DNA of 64,000 nucleotides. It comes from an uncultured Blautia sp. (GTDB taxonomy: Bacteria; Bacillota; Clostridia; Lachnospirales; Lachnospiraceae). The stretch spans positions 1,039 to 65,038 of the forward strand of contig CAKROW010000008.1 of NCBI GenBank assembly GCA_934373235.1, read 5' to 3'. The notes under the pieces were generated by a model, which had not been told where the DNA came from, searched no databases, and was given only the letters and a program-made list of their open reading frames with translations. Shown piece after piece: positions 41,867 through 53,247 of this stretch. The translations under genes were made by a program, and so were the position numbers. Position 1 is the first letter of the stretch. Each line of letters starts with the position of its first letter.

Positions 41867-44130
41867 AAGCGTCCTTTCTCCCCGATGGCGCCCTCTTCCT
41901 GTTCTGCCAGCTCCCTGATCCTCAGATCCAGGGAACTGTAGCGTTTCTGCTGTGTCTCATTGCGGATCATCTCTGCAAAGGTTCCCTCACTGCCTACCAC
42001 AGTTACACATTTTCGCGCCCTGGTAACGGCGGTGTAGAGAAGATTCCTGTTCATCAGCATCCTGGGACCTGACAGGATAGGCAGGATCACCGCAGGATAC
42101 TCTGATCCCTGGGACTTATGTATGGTGACTGCATAGGCAAGCTCCAGTTCTTCCAGTTGCTTAAAGGAGTATTCCGCATGTCTTCCATCCTCAAATTCCA
42201 CAGAAGCTGTCTCTGCAAAATCATTGATCTCCTTAAGGATTCCTGTATCTCCGTTAAATACTCCCACACCCTTGTCCACAGGTATGTTGTATTTTCCAAG
42301 GATCTCCCACTCCAACTGGTAATTGTTCCGGATCTGCATTACCTTATCGCCCTCCCGGAAAAGCTTCTGCCCGATCTCTTTCTCCTTTTTGGAGGTATCC
42401 GGCGGGTTCAGATATCTCTGCAGGATCTGATTCATGCGTTCCACTCCCAGAAGCCCCTTACGCATGGGAGTCAGCACCTGGATCTCGTTCCGTGCAGCAT
42501 CAACATATTTGGGAAGCTTCTCCTGGATCAGCGCGATCACTACACGTATGATGACATCTGCATCATATCTTTTAAGGAAAAAGAAATCCCGGCTCTTGTT
42601 ATTGATAGCCACCTGTTCTCCCCTGTTGATCTTGTGGGCGTTGACCACAATGTCACTCTCCGATGCCTGGCGAAAGATCTTGGTAAGCTCTACTACCGGA
42701 AAACAGCCGCTGTGAATAATATCACGCAGCACATTTCCGGGGCCTACGCTTGGAAGCTGGTTCTCATCCCCCACCAGGATCAGCCTGGTTCCTGCTGTTA
42801 TCGCAAGAAGCAGTGAATGCATCAGAGCAATATCCACCATGGACATCTCATCAATTATGATCACATCTGCCTCAAGAGGATTCTCCGCATTTCTGTCAAA
42901 ATGCACTGCCCTGCCTTCCTGCTCCCCCTCCGGCATGCCATTGAGTTCCAGAAGACGGTGTATGGTCTGTGCCTCGTATCCCGTAGTCTCTGTCATTCTC
43001 TTGGCTGCTCTTCCTGTAGGCGCAGCCAGTCTCAGCTCCAGCCCTTCCTCCTCAAAATAGCGGATAATGGCATTGATAGTGGTTGTTTTTCCGGTTCCCG
43101 GACCTCCGGTAAGGATAAAAAGTCCGTGTTGTGCAGCTTCTGCCACTGCCTTCTTCTGCATTTCATCAAGGACTGTACCTGTCTCCTTCTCAATCCTCAG
43201 AATCCTGCGTTCCATTTCCTTCTGGTTCTCCGGACAGAGAATATTCAGTTCACATAACATTCTGGCAGAATTCAGCTCCAGGTAATAAAAACGTGTGGGA
43301 TAGACAACCGCTCCGTCCTCTGTCTCCCGAACCACCAGCTTTCTGTCCACCACCATATCCATGAGATGTTTCTCCATATAAGAGGGATCTACTCCCAGAA
43401 GTGAGGAAGCCCTGGCAAACAGCTCCTCTTCCGGCAGATATGTATGGCCTTCCCCTGAAGCCTGCAATAGAGTATACAACATCCCGCTGCGGATTCTGTA
43501 ATCTGAATCTGTATGGATCCCGATCCTGGATGCGATCTCATCTGCAATCTTAAATCCCACCCCGCTTATGTCCTCCGCAAGACGATAAGGATTTTCCTGA
43601 AGTACACTGTACACAGACTGTCCGTATTTCTGATAGATTTTTGCACCCAGATTCAGGGAAATGCCATACTTCTGCAAAAAGATCATAGCTTTACGCATAT
43701 CTGCCTTCTCGGCCATCTGCGCTGCGATTTCCCTTGCTTTTTTCTCACTGATACCCTTGATTTCCGCAAGCCGTTCCGGTTCCTCCTCCACGATATGCAT
43801 GGTATCCTCCCCGAATCTGCGTACGATCCTGGCAGCAAGTGCCGCTCCGATGCCCTTGATCGCCCCGGATCCCAGATAACGTTCCATCGCCATGGTATCC
43901 TCCGGCATCTTCTCCGTACAGGTTGAAATCTGAAACTGTTTCCCGTATACAGGATGCTTGATATAATCTCCTGTTGCCTCGATCATGGCTCCTTCTGTCA
44001 CCACGGAAAGAGTCCCTACGCAGGTCAGATCCTTATTTTCTTCTGTTGTATGCAAAACCATGACTGTATATCCATTGTCATTATTCCTGAATATCACATG
44101 GTCTATATATCCTGTAACTGTCTCGCTCAT
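41863..44130 (-). CDS. recD2: RecD2-type SF1B ATP-dependent DNA helicase
   Basis: N-terminal OB/HhH region, Walker A GGPGTGKTT, IIIDEMSMV, LVGDENQLPSVGPG, C-terminal AVTIHKSQGSE and TAVTRAR motifs. Confidence 0.88.
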   Translation of the reverse strand: MSETVTGYIDHVIFRNNDNGYTVMVLHTTEENKDLTCVGTLSVVTEGAMIEATGDYIKHPVYGKQFQISTCTEKMPEDTMAMERYLGSGAIKGIGAALAARIVRRFGEDTMHIVEEEPERLAEIKGISEKKAREIAAQMAEKADMRKAMIFLQKYGISLNLGAKIYQKYGQSVYSVLQENPYRLAEDISGVGFKIADEIASRIGIHTDSDYRIRSGMLYTLLQASGEGHTYLPEEELFARASSLLGVDPSYMEKHLMDMVVDRKLVVRETEDGAVVYPTRFYYLELNSARMLCELNILCPENQKEMERRILRIEKETGTVLDEMQKKAVAEAAQHGLFILTGGPGTGKTTTINAIIRYFEEEGLELRLAAPTGRAAKRMTETTGYEAQTIHRLLELNGMPEGEQEGRAVHFDRNAENPLEADVIIIDEMSMVDIALMHSLLLAITAGTRLILVGDENQLPSVGPGNVLRDIIHSGCFPVVELTKIFRQASESDIVVNAHKINRGEQVAINNKSRDFFFLKRYDADVIIRVVIALIQEKLPKYVDAARNEIQVLTPMRKGLLGVERMNQILQRYLNPPDTSKKEKEIGQKLFREGDKVMQIRNNYQLEWEILGKYNIPVDKGVGVFNGDTGILKEINDFAETASVEFEDGRHAEYSFKQLEELELAYAVTIHKSQGSEYPAVILPILSGPRMLMNRNLLYTAVTRARKCVTVVGSEGTFAEMIRNETQQKRYSSLDLRIRELAEQEEGAIGEKGRF

Positions 44131-44255
44131 TCATTCCTCCTGATATAGGCAGCTTCCGCAGACACAAGCCCCTGTCTACTGCTCAGCATATATTGGAAAC
44201 CGGCTTCAGTGCTCTGCCTACCCGAAACGCAGGCTGCTTATCTGCGTTTACAAAA

Positions 44256-44277
44256 AGGCACTGCCGCAACAGTGCCT
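44256..44277 (-). terminator. Rho-independent terminator of mreB
   Basis: 8-bp stem AGGCACTG(44256-44263)/CAGTGCCT(44270-44277). On the minus strand it is followed by TTTTTG. A second hairpin AAACGCAG/CTGCGTTT lies at 44225-44249. Confidence 0.8.
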
Positions 44278-44282
44278 GATCT

Positions 44283-45266
44283 TTACATTTTTGACATGAT
44301 CTCTGCGTATCTTCCGGTTCCTGCCGCCACCACAAGCATAGCATCCTGAACTGTCAGTGTGTTAACTCCTGTCTTCTGTTCAATGAGAGTGTCCATTCCA
44401 TGAAGCATCGCGCCGCCTCCTGTAAGAACGATCCCTCTGTCCATAATATCCGCAGCCAGTTCCGGCGGTGTCTTCTCCAGAACTCCGTGGACTGCGTCCA
44501 CGATCTGCCCGGTAGCTTCCTTGAGCGCAATGCGGATTTCCTCGGAGGTAAGCGTGGCAACCTTGGGAAGTCCTGTAATAATGTTACGGCCCTTAACCTC
44601 CATGGTACGTGGTTCTGCCTCCTCGCAGGCTGTTCCGATACGGATCTTGATCTCCTCCGCAACATCAGACCCGATAAACAGGCTGTGTTTTTCCCTAACA
44701 TAATTCAGGATCGCCTGATCAAAATTATCTCCTGCAACCTTCACAGAACTGGATACCACTACTCCTGCAATGGAGATCACCGCAACGTCAGTAGTACCTG
44801 CACCAATATCCACGATCAGATTTCCAAAGGGCTTGGTGATATCAACTCCCGCACCGATAGCTGCCGCAATAGGCTCCTCCACCAGAAATACCTCCCTGGC
44901 TCCGGCCTGGTATGCAGCTTCCTCAACAGCCTTCCTCTCGATTTCCGTGATCCCGCTCGGAACACTGATGCTGATCCTGGGCTTTCGGAATGCCCGTCTT
45001 CCCATTGCCTGGGCAATAAAGTATTTCAGCATCTTCTCCATAACATTGTAATCTACAATGACGCCACGACGTATCGGCCAGATCACTTCCATGTTGGATG
45101 ACACATTGCCGGTCATCTGTCTGGCTTCCTCTCCAATGGCTCTTATTTTCTCTGTGTCTTTATCATAAACCACCACAGACGGCTCTCTGAGAACGATTCC
45201 CTTACCTGTGGCAAAAACCAGGGAATTTCTCGTTCCCAGATCAATTCCAATATCCCTTGCCGGCAT
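44283..45266 (-). CDS. mreB: Rod-shape-determining actin homolog MreB/Mbl
   Basis: DIGIDLGTRNS, EPIAAAIGAG, DIGAGTTDVAV, GIVLTGGGA motifs. ATG 45266 follows AGGAGG. The ORF extends to GTG 45290. Confidence 0.9.
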   Translation of the reverse strand: MPARDIGIDLGTRNSLVFATGKGIVLREPSVVVYDKDTEKIRAIGEEARQMTGNVSSNMEVIWPIRRGVIVDYNVMEKMLKYFIAQAMGRRAFRKPRISISVPSGITEIERKAVEEAAYQAGAREVFLVEEPIAAAIGAGVDITKPFGNLIVDIGAGTTDVAVISIAGVVVSSSVKVAGDNFDQAILNYVREKHSLFIGSDVAEEIKIRIGTACEEAEPRTMEVKGRNIITGLPKVATLTSEEIRIALKEATGQIVDAVHGVLEKTPPELAADIMDRGIVLTGGGAMLHGMDTLIEQKTGVNTLTVQDAMLVVAAGTGRYAEIMSKM

Positions 45267-45344
45267 AACTCCTCCTGCCTGCGCCTTCACACCCTGTCTC
45301 AGCGCGGTTTCATAACTGATTCTCTTTGGTCTGCTTGTATATAC

Positions 45345-45358
45345 GCGGGATATCCCGC
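45345..45358. promoter_or_regulatory. Perfect 14-bp palindrome in the mreB 5' leader (operator or 5' stem-loop)
   Basis: GCGGGATATCCCGC lies about 10-20 nt downstream of the predicted mreB -10 element. Confidence 0.3.
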
Positions 45359-45374
45359 AGTATGCTGGTATTTA

Positions 45375-45402
45375 ATTATATACAAAATTCAGTAAATTGC
45401 AA
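45375..45402 (-). promoter_or_regulatory. Candidate sigma-A promoter for mreB
   Basis: On the minus strand: TTGCAA (45402-45397), 16-nt spacer, TATAAT (45380-45375). Confidence 0.65.
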
Positions 45403-45429
45403 CCACCGCATTAGCTGATTCCCGGTGTC

Positions 45430-48303
45430 TTATGCCTCAGAAGTATCAGATGGCTTATCCTGCTTCAGATATCTGGCCACATATTTACCTGTATAGGATA
45501 CCGGGCTTGCCGCAACTTCCTCCGGCGTCCCCTTTGCAATGACGGTTCCGCCCTTCTCCCCGCCTTCAGGCCCTATATCGATAATATAATCTGCAGTCTT
45601 GATCACATCCAGATTATGCTCAATAACTACCACTGTGTTTCCACCTTCGGACAGGCGTTTCAGAATCTCCACAAGCTTGTGTACATCAGCAAAATGCAGA
45701 CCTGTAGTCGGCTCATCCAGGATATAGATCGTTTTTCCGGTACTGCGCTTGCTTAATTCTGTGGCAAGCTTGATTCTCTGGGCCTCTCCTCCGGAAAGAG
45801 TTGTAGACGGCTGTCCAAGACGGATATAGGAAAGTCCTACATCGTACAGAGTCTCTATCTTTCTTCTGATGGAAGGAACATTTTCAAAAAATCCAAGTGC
45901 CTCCTCCACAGTCATATTCAGCACATCATAGATACTCTTGCCCTTATACTTCACTTCAAGAGTCTCCCTGTTATAACGTCTGCCCTTGCACACTTCGCAG
46001 GGCACATATACATCCGGCAGAAAATGCATCTCAATCTTGATGATGCCGTCGCCGCTGCACGCCTCACATCTGCCGCCCTTTACATTGAAGCTGAATCTTC
46101 CCTTCTTATAGCCTCTGGCCTTGGCATCTGCAGTAGCTGCGAACAGATCTCTGATCTGGTCAAAAACACCGGTATACGTGGCAGGATTGGATCTTGGCGT
46201 TCTTCCGATAGGTGACTGGTCGATATTGATCACTTTGTCAAGCTGATCGATCCCCAGAATATCATCATGCTTCCCCGGAATCACCCTGGCTCTGTTCAGA
46301 TCTCTTGCCAGTCTCTTATACAGGATCTCATTTACCAGGGAGCTCTTTCCTGAACCGGACACGCCTGTAACACAGGTCATGATACCCAGTGGGATGTCCA
46401 CATTAATACGCTTCAGATTATTCTCTGCTGCACCTCTGATTTTCAGAAATCCGGCTGGTTTCTTCCTGGTCTCAGGTACCGGTATCTTAAGCCTGCCGCT
46501 TAAATATGCGCCTGTAACGGATTTCTCACATTTCATCAGATCTTCCGCCGTTCCCATTGCTACCAGTTCTCCGCCGTGTTCTCCTGCCCCTGGTCCGATA
46601 TCAATAACGCAGTCTGCCGCGCGCATGGTATCCTCGTCATGCTCTACAACGATCAGGCTGTTACCCAGATCCCGGAGACGCATCAGCGCGCTGAGCAGCT
46701 TGTCATTATCTCTCTGGTGAAGTCCGATACTTGGCTCATCCAGAATATAGGCAACTCCCACAAGACCGGAACCGATCTGCGTAGCCAGACGGATCCTCTG
46801 TGCCTCTCCTCCGGAAAGCGTTCCTGTAGCTCTGCCAAGGGACAGATATTCAAGTCCTACCTCTGCCAGAAATCCCACCCTGGCCCGGATTTCCCTGAGG
46901 ATCTGCCTGCCGATCAGCTCCTGCTGGCTGGAAAGCTTCATATCTTTAAGAAATTCCACCAGCCGGTCTACCGGCATATTGGTAACCTCGTAGATATTCT
47001 TATCTGCCACAGTCACTGCCAGAGATTCCTTCTTCAGTCTCTGTCCCTTACATGCAGTACACGGAGTGATCCGCATAAAACTCTCGTACTCCTGCTTCAT
47101 GGTATCTGAGCCGGTTTCCCTGTATCTCTGCTCCACATTGCGGATCAGCCCCGGAAAAGCCACGTCGTACACGCCCTCTCCCCTCTGTCCCTTATAGTGA
47201 ACCTTAACAGAATGTCCGCCAGTTCCGTTAATAAGGATATCCCGGACTTCCCCGGGGTAGTCACAGAACGGCGTATCCAGATCAAATCCGTACTCTCCAG
47301 CCAGAGCATCCAGGATCGCCCTGGAAAAACTTCCCGGAGTCGCACAGGACTGCCAGCCGGTCACGGCAATAGCTCCCTCATTGATACTCAGCTTCTTATC
47401 CGGTATCATCAGGTCTATGTCAAATTCCATCTTATATCCCAGTCCCAGACACTGGGGGCAGGCTCCAAATGGATTGTTAAAGGAAAAACTTCTCGGCTCT
47501 ATCTCATCAATGCTGATCCCGCAGTCCGGGCAGGAAAAACTCTGGCTGAAATTCATGGTATGTCCGTCCATGGTATCCACCACCAGAAGTCCGTCGGCCA
47601 GTTCCAGAACGGTCTCTATGGAATCGGACAGACGCTTCTCGATACCGGGCTTCACGATCAGACGGTCTACAACGATCTCAATATTATGTTTGATATTCTT
47701 ATCCAGACTGATATCCTCAGAAAGCTCATAGAGACTTCCGTCAATCTGAACACGGACATAACCGCTGCGCCTTGCCTGATCCAGAAGCCTGGCATGAGTT
47801 CCCTTACGTCCTCTCACCACAGGAGCAAGAAGCTGGATCTTCTGACGTTCCGGAAGTCCCATGATCTGATCTGTCATCTGGTCTACCGTCTGTTTACTGA
47901 TCTCCCGTCCGCATTTCGGGCAGTGGGGGATGCCGACTCTGGCGTACAGAAGCCTGAAATAATCATAGATCTCTGTCACTGTACCAACTGTGGAACGTGG
48001 ATTCCTGTTGGTAGACTTCTGATCAATGGAAATAGCAGGAGGAAGTCCCTCGATGCTCTCCACATCCGGTTTCTCCATCTGTCCAAGGAACTGTCTCGCA
48101 TAGGAGGACAGGGATTCCATATATCTTCTCTGGCCTTCTGCATAGATGGTATCAAAAGCCAGGGATGACTTGCCGGAACCGCTGAGTCCCGTAAGTACTA
48201 CAAATTCATCTCTTGGAATATCCACGCTGAGATTCTTCAGGTTATTCTCATTGGCTCCGCGTATTCTGATAAAACGATTCTTCTCTCTTACTTCTGCTGA
48301 CAT
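45430..48303 (-). CDS. uvrA: Excinuclease ABC subunit A
   Basis: Two ABC ATPase modules ([18 protein letters not shown]; LSGGEAQR x2) and zinc-finger cysteine clusters. ATG 48303 has a GAGG RBS; the ORF extends to ATG 48339, which has no RBS. Confidence 0.95.
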   Translation of the reverse strand: MSAEVREKNRFIRIRGANENNLKNLSVDIPRDEFVVLTGLSGSGKSSLAFDTIYAEGQRRYMESLSSYARQFLGQMEKPDVESIEGLPPAISIDQKSTNRNPRSTVGTVTEIYDYFRLLYARVGIPHCPKCGREISKQTVDQMTDQIMGLPERQKIQLLAPVVRGRKGTHARLLDQARRSGYVRVQIDGSLYELSEDISLDKNIKHNIEIVVDRLIVKPGIEKRLSDSIETVLELADGLLVVDTMDGHTMNFSQSFSCPDCGISIDEIEPRSFSFNNPFGACPQCLGLGYKMEFDIDLMIPDKKLSINEGAIAVTGWQSCATPGSFSRAILDALAGEYGFDLDTPFCDYPGEVRDILINGTGGHSVKVHYKGQRGEGVYDVAFPGLIRNVEQRYRETGSDTMKQEYESFMRITPCTACKGQRLKKESLAVTVADKNIYEVTNMPVDRLVEFLKDMKLSSQQELIGRQILREIRARVGFLAEVGLEYLSLGRATGTLSGGEAQRIRLATQIGSGLVGVAYILDEPSIGLHQRDNDKLLSALMRLRDLGNSLIVVEHDEDTMRAADCVIDIGPGAGEHGGELVAMGTAEDLMKCEKSVTGAYLSGRLKIPVPETRKKPAGFLKIRGAAENNLKRINVDIPLGIMTCVTGVSGSGKSSLVNEILYKRLARDLNRARVIPGKHDDILGIDQLDKVINIDQSPIGRTPRSNPATYTGVFDQIRDLFAATADAKARGYKKGRFSFNVKGGRCEACSGDGIIKIEMHFLPDVYVPCEVCKGRRYNRETLEVKYKGKSIYDVLNMTVEEALGFFENVPSIRRKIETLYDVGLSYIRLGQPSTTLSGGEAQRIKLATELSKRSTGKTIYILDEPTTGLHFADVHKLVEILKRLSEGGNTVVVIEHNLDVIKTADYIIDIGPEGGEKGGTVIAKGTPEEVAASPVSYTGKYVARYLKQDKPSDTSEA

Positions 48304-48404
48304 AGCCGCCTCAACTTTCTCTCTGGTTTCCTGTATCATCCAGGTTTCTATACCTGAAACTTTGTTTCTTACAGGATATCACCAGAACATCCGTTCGTCA
48401 ATAC

Positions 48405-49541
48405 TTAAATCAGAAAATCTGCCATCACTGTATTACTTACATGGATCCCTTTTCTTGTAAGGAAAATCCTGCCGTTTTTTTCCCGTAGAAGTAACAGATC
48501 TTTATATTTTTTCAGGACTTTTCCGTAAACTTCTTCAATGTCCCGGTCAAAGCACTGACGGAATTTTTCTCTCTCCACTCCATCTGTCATCCGCAGGCCA
48601 AGGAACATAAATTCAGCCATCTTGTCCTCTATGGTAAGCTTTTCACTGTTTACCCTTATTTTATCCGGTCTGCCACTTTTTATAAGATATTCTTCCATAT
48701 CTGAGGTATTGGAAAAACGTTCATCTCCGAGAAGTGAAGAAGCGCCAAGCCCAAGCCCAAGATAATCTGTCCGCTGCCAGTAGCCTTTATTATGGCGGCA
48801 GGCAAACCCCGGCTTTCCATAATTGGATATCTCATACTGGCGGTATCCGTATTCTCCCAGGATTGAGACAGTATCCTCATACATCTCATACTCCTGGTCC
48901 TCATCCGGAAGATCCAGTTCCATATCCGCAAAAGGAGTTCCTTCCTCAATAATAAGACTGTATGCGGAAATGTGCTCCGGACCCAACGCTGCCACTGTAC
49001 GCAGATTTTCCCTCCAGCCCTCCGGCTTCTGCCCCGGAATGGCAAACATCAGATCCACATTGATGTTAGAAAATCCCACTTCCCGTGCATTGCTGTAATT
49101 TTCAAGAAATTCCCCCCAGGTGTGTATCCTTCCCAGTTTTTTCAATTCCTGTTCTTTTGGTGACTGGAGCCCCATACTCAGCCTGTTCACCCCGTGGCTT
49201 CTGTAATCTTTCAGCTTTTTCATGGACAAAGTCCCCGGATTGGCTTCGATTGTGATCTCAGCGTCCGGGGCCATCATAAACTTTGTCTGTATCTCATCCA
49301 GAATCTCACCTGTAAGTCTGCTGTCCGGCACAGAGGGAGTTCCCCCTCCCATAAAAACCGAAACTACCGGTCTCCCGGAAAAATCCTCCACATTCCGGAT
49401 TTCTTTTTTTAATGCCTTAAAATACGCCTGCTGCCGTTCCTCACCGGAGGGACCGGAAAGGAAATCACAGTAGGCACATTTTTTTACACAGAAGGGGATA
49501 TGAATATAAATTTCCAGAGGTTCCCTGCTGCTATTCCTCAT
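48405..49541 (-). CDS. hemW: Radical SAM HemW/HemN-like protein (heme chaperone / coproporphyrinogen oxidase-like)
   Basis: [17 protein letters not shown] (CxxxCxxC), GGGTPS, HemN_C-like C-terminus. ATG 49541 lies 9 nt after AGGAGG. The longer ORF overlaps the upstream gene. Confidence 0.85.
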   Translation of the reverse strand: MRNSSREPLEIYIHIPFCVKKCAYCDFLSGPSGEERQQAYFKALKKEIRNVEDFSGRPVVSVFMGGGTPSVPDSRLTGEILDEIQTKFMMAPDAEITIEANPGTLSMKKLKDYRSHGVNRLSMGLQSPKEQELKKLGRIHTWGEFLENYSNAREVGFSNINVDLMFAIPGQKPEGWRENLRTVAALGPEHISAYSLIIEEGTPFADMELDLPDEDQEYEMYEDTVSILGEYGYRQYEISNYGKPGFACRHNKGYWQRTDYLGLGLGASSLLGDERFSNTSDMEEYLIKSGRPDKIRVNSEKLTIEDKMAEFMFLGLRMTDGVEREKFRQCFDRDIEEVYGKVLKKYKDLLLLREKNGRIFLTRKGIHVSNTVMADFLI

Positions 49542-49908
49542 CCTGTCCATCCTCCTGATCTGCCAGGCTGTAGTCGTCCGAGACATAAGCATCAGAGGAA
49601 TCGCCTTCACCTGATGACGAATCAGATGTGCCATCACCAGATGCCTCCGGAGCTGCTGTTACCGATTCCGGAGCTGTTCCCGGATTCTCCATCAGATATT
49701 CATTGACCATAGTCAGGTTTCCATTGACAGTCACAGCATCCGGATCTGTTTCCCGGGGATTTGGTGTTACTGTGGGTTCAGGAGCTGTACTGATATGGAT
49801 CACCTTGTCCTCTTTGCTGCTCTTTTTACTTTTTCCACAGCCTGCAAAAAGCCCCGCAGCCATCATCACCATACCTGCGGCAAAAAACAGTTTTTTTAAT
49901 TTTTTCAC
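49531..49908 (-). CDS. Small acidic lipoprotein
   Basis: GTG 49908 lies 6 nt after AGGAGA. Signal peptide KKLKKLFFAAGMVMMAAGLFAG|C (lipobox). Acidic S/D/E-rich C-terminus. Confidence 0.6.
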   Translation of the reverse strand: MKKLKKLFFAAGMVMMAAGLFAGCGKSKKSSKEDKVIHISTAPEPTVTPNPRETDPDAVTVNGNLTMVNEYLMENPGTAPESVTAAPEASGDGTSDSSSGEGDSSDAYVSDDYSLADQEDGQDEE

Positions 49909-49918
49909 AGTATCTCTC

Positions 49919-51727
49919 CTATTTATCATCAAGCTTGAGAACACTCATAAATGCTTTCTGCGGAATCTCCACGTTGCCTACCTGGCGCATGCGCTTCTTA
50001 CCTTCCTTCTGTTTCTCAAGAAGCTTCTTCTTACGGGAGATATCACCACCATAGCACTTGGCAAGTACATCTTTTCGCATTGCTCTTACTGTCTCTCTTG
50101 CAATAACCTTGCTTCCGATTGCTGCCTGGATAGGAATCTCAAAAAGCTGACGGGGAATCTCTTCCTTAAGCTTCTCACACATCTTACGTCCGCGCTCATA
50201 AGCTGTATCTGCATGGACGATAAAGGAAAGTGCATCCACCTCTTCTTTATTTACAAGGATATCAAGTTTCACAAGTTCACTTCTCTCGTAACCGTCAAGC
50301 TCATAATCCAGAGATGCATAACCTCTGGAACGGGATTTCAGCGCGTCAAAGAAATCATAGATGATCTCGTTAAGCGGCAGTCTGTATTTCAGAAGGGCAC
50401 GCGTTTCCTCCATATACTCCATTCCCTCATACTGGCCTCGCCTCTCCTGGCACAGATCCATGATAGCCCCGATAAACTCTGTAGTCACCATGATCTCAGC
50501 CTTCACCATAGGTTCCTCCATGTACTCGATCTCAGAAGGATCCGGAAGGTTGGTCGGGTTGGTAAGCTGGATCACCTCACCGTTTGTCTTGTAAACTTTG
50601 TAAATAACACTTGGTGCTGTTGTCACAAGATCCAGATTGTACTCTCTCTCCAGACGTTCCTGGATGATCTCCAGGTGGAGAAGCCCCAGGAATCCGCATC
50701 GGAAACCAAAACCAAGTGCAACGGAAGTCTCCGGCTCATAGTAAAGAGAGGCATCATTTAACTGCAGCTTCTCCAGAGCATCACGGAGGTCTCCGTATTT
50801 GGCGCCATCTGCCGGATAAAGGCCGCAATATACCATAGGATTAACTTTTTTGTAACCCGGAAGAGCCTCTGCACATGGGTTTTCCGCATTTGTCACTGTA
50901 TCACCCACACGGGTATCACGTACATTCTTGATGCTGGCTGTAATATATCCTACCATTCCTGCTGTCAGCTCATCACATGGAATAAACTGGCCTGCACCAA
51001 AATATCCTACTTCCACTACCTCGGTGGTAAATCCGGTAGCCATCATATGGATCGGTGTGCCCTTTTTTACTGTACCATCTATTACCCTGCAAAATACAAT
51101 AACACCTTTGTACGGATCATATACAGAGTCAAAGATCAGCGCCTTAAGAGGAGCGCTCACATCTCCTGCCGGTGCCGGGATCTTATGTACGATTTCCTCA
51201 AGCACCTGATCTACATTCAGTCCGGTCTTGGCAGAGATCCTCGGTGCATCCTGGGCTTCCAGTCCGATCACATCCTCGATCTCATTGATAACCCGCTCCG
51301 GCTCTGCACTTGGAAGATCGATCTTGTTAATAACAGGAACCACATCCAGATCATGATCCAGTGCCATATACACATTGGCAAGGGTCTGAGCCTCGATTCC
51401 CTGGGCCGCATCAACCACAAGAATGGCTCCGTCGCAGGCTGCAAGGCTTCTGGAAACCTCATAGTTAAAATCGACATGTCCCGGCGTATCGATCAGATTG
51501 AAAATATACTCCTCACCGTCCCTGGCCTTATATACAATACGTACTGCCTGGGATTTGATGGTAATTCCACGCTCTCTCTCAAGGTCCATATTATCAAGAA
51601 CCTGCGCCTGCATCTCTCTTTCTGTGAGAAGACCTGTCATTTCGATGATACGGTCCGCAAGGGTTGATTTACCATGATCAATATGGGCGATAATACAAAA
51701 ATTACGAATCTTACTCTGGTCTATCAT
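49919..51727 (-). CDS. lepA: Translation elongation factor 4 (LepA)
   Basis: [21 protein letters not shown]1 motif, [13 protein letters not shown], and the characteristic LepA C-terminal domain. Confidence 0.95.
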   Translation of the reverse strand: MIDQSKIRNFCIIAHIDHGKSTLADRIIEMTGLLTEREMQAQVLDNMDLERERGITIKSQAVRIVYKARDGEEYIFNLIDTPGHVDFNYEVSRSLAACDGAILVVDAAQGIEAQTLANVYMALDHDLDVVPVINKIDLPSAEPERVINEIEDVIGLEAQDAPRISAKTGLNVDQVLEEIVHKIPAPAGDVSAPLKALIFDSVYDPYKGVIVFCRVIDGTVKKGTPIHMMATGFTTEVVEVGYFGAGQFIPCDELTAGMVGYITASIKNVRDTRVGDTVTNAENPCAEALPGYKKVNPMVYCGLYPADGAKYGDLRDALEKLQLNDASLYYEPETSVALGFGFRCGFLGLLHLEIIQERLEREYNLDLVTTAPSVIYKVYKTNGEVIQLTNPTNLPDPSEIEYMEEPMVKAEIMVTTEFIGAIMDLCQERRGQYEGMEYMEETRALLKYRLPLNEIIYDFFDALKSRSRGYASLDYELDGYERSELVKLDILVNKEEVDALSFIVHADTAYERGRKMCEKLKEEIPRQLFEIPIQAAIGSKVIARETVRAMRKDVLAKCYGGDISRKKKLLEKQKEGKKRMRQVGNVEIPQKAFMSVLKLDDK

Positions 51728-51834
51728 TCAGGAAATCCTCCTATATTTCTCTTGTTATGTAAAGCGGACAGTCCCGTTCCGCTTTCCTGTATAATTATGA
51801 ACATAAAGCGATTGCGTTCATATCATATCATACT

Positions 51835-53226
51835 TCACCCGGTTTTGTCACCGCCTTTCAATACCCTGTTTAAGATATCCGCAAAAGGTTCCATGGCATT
51901 TTTTACCTCCTGCACAGTATTGGTCTGAGCGCCTGCTTCCAGAAGAAGTGCCCGTGGCTTCAGATGAAGATTGTACCGCAGCCCTGCCAGGTAGATCCCC
52001 CGGTAAAATTCCGGATAAAACATGGCCGCCTGATATTCCAGTTGAAAGGAAAATGCCAGGTTATCTTCTATGTAGGGATTTGGCAGATAATCTACATTTC
52101 CCTGGTTCACTGTATAGCTCAATCCATTGTAAAAAAGGATCTGAGCTGTGGGTTTTCCATTTATTTCTGTTACAAGATGACGTTCTTCCGGCACTCCGTC
52201 CCTGTGAAGGTCAATAACTACCTGGATCTCCGGATGTTCCTGAAGGACCGGCTCCACAGCTTCCCTGGCGTAGTCGTAGGCTTTGCTTCTGTCAAGCCGG
52301 CCGCTCATCATGTCAAAAGCGTCCGTTATATGGAGAACCTGATATCCATAGGTTTCTTCCAGGATCTTTACAAGATAATTCCCCACTCCCACAATGGTAT
52401 CCTCCACCTCGCCTTCCCTGGAATCTGAAAAAGTTTCCTGGGAATGGCTGTGGTAAATAAGGATCTGCGGAGCACTGCTATCCTGTTTTATGGACAGGTC
52501 TTCCCGGAGAAAACGCTCTGCATCAATCTGTTGTGCATCTGTAGCCGTATTGGAATCCACGATAAAAAACTGGTTCATCACATAATCGTAATCCTGAAGG
52601 CTTTCCGGAGAAAGATCGATCACCGGATGTGCTGCAGCTCCGGCAGACGCAGACGCCGTAGCTGAATCGCTGCCTGATCCTTCCACCTGACTGCGCTCCT
52701 GATTCCCTGCCTGCTCCCCGTCCCCGGTTTCCGCAGTTCCAGCAGCTCCAGGCTGTTCCTCTGCCGGCTCTCCCGTTTCCGTTTCAGCCGACTCATCTCC
52801 AGATATGTCTTTTGCCGGCTCTCCCGTTTCTGCCCGGCTCCCGGACTCAGCCGCGCTTTTACTGTTTTTCCCTGTTTCCTCCAGGTTCTCCGATTCTTCC
52901 TTCTTCCCATTCCCCCTGTTTTTTTCCTCTTCCGCCTTATCTTCTTCAGGGTTGTCCTCCTCTGCAATAAGCAGTTCCTCCTGCTTCTTCCTGTTTTCCT
53001 CCTGAATCCGGCTGCTTAAATATTCCCCGTTTTTCCGGGCAAGAAGTTCCTCTGTCTCAGGATCTTTTACAGCCCGGTCTTTTACAGCTTTTTTTTCCAG
53101 AAAGCTGTACAGTGGAAGCTGCCTGTACACATTCCCCTGACGGAAAAGCTCCGCCGGAAATACAGCCAGCATACCCATAAAGATCAAACTGAGAAATACG
53201 CAGAATGTTTTCCGGATACCAGTCAC
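51835..53226 (-). CDS. spoIIP: Stage II sporulation protein P (SpoIIP) with long Glu/Lys/Gly-rich insertion
   Basis: N-terminal TM helix. C-terminal SpoIIP amidase-like domain (ILIYHSHSQETF, VIDLHRDG, FYNGLSY). About 170 aa of charged low complexity sit between them. Confidence 0.8.
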   Translation of the reverse strand: MTGIRKTFCVFLSLIFMGMLAVFPAELFRQGNVYRQLPLYSFLEKKAVKDRAVKDPETEELLARKNGEYLSSRIQEENRKKQEELLIAEEDNPEEDKAEEEKNRGNGKKEESENLEETGKNSKSAAESGSRAETGEPAKDISGDESAETETGEPAEEQPGAAGTAETGDGEQAGNQERSQVEGSGSDSATASASAGAAAHPVIDLSPESLQDYDYVMNQFFIVDSNTATDAQQIDAERFLREDLSIKQDSSAPQILIYHSHSQETFSDSREGEVEDTIVGVGNYLVKILEETYGYQVLHITDAFDMMSGRLDRSKAYDYAREAVEPVLQEHPEIQVVIDLHRDGVPEERHLVTEINGKPTAQILFYNGLSYTVNQGNVDYLPNPYIEDNLAFSFQLEYQAAMFYPEFYRGIYLAGLRYNLHLKPRALLLEAGAQTNTVQEVKNAMEPFADILNRVLKGGDKTG

Positions 53227-53247
53227 ACCATCACCTCTTAAGATAAT

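Noticed and set aside
41863-44130. The RecD2 helicase as part of a defence system (e.g. a helicase-nuclease island).
   Set aside because: The domain order is canonical RecD2. The neighbours are comFC and mreB, and there are no nuclease, methylase or toxin genes nearby.
49628-50761. 377-aa plus-strand ORF antisense to lepA and the lipoprotein gene. Comparable ORFs are 47197-48168 antisense to uvrA and 62261-63121 antisense to the Ldh_2 gene.
   Set aside because: The opposite strand encodes unmistakable LepA, UvrA and Ldh_2 proteins. The antisense products have no motifs.
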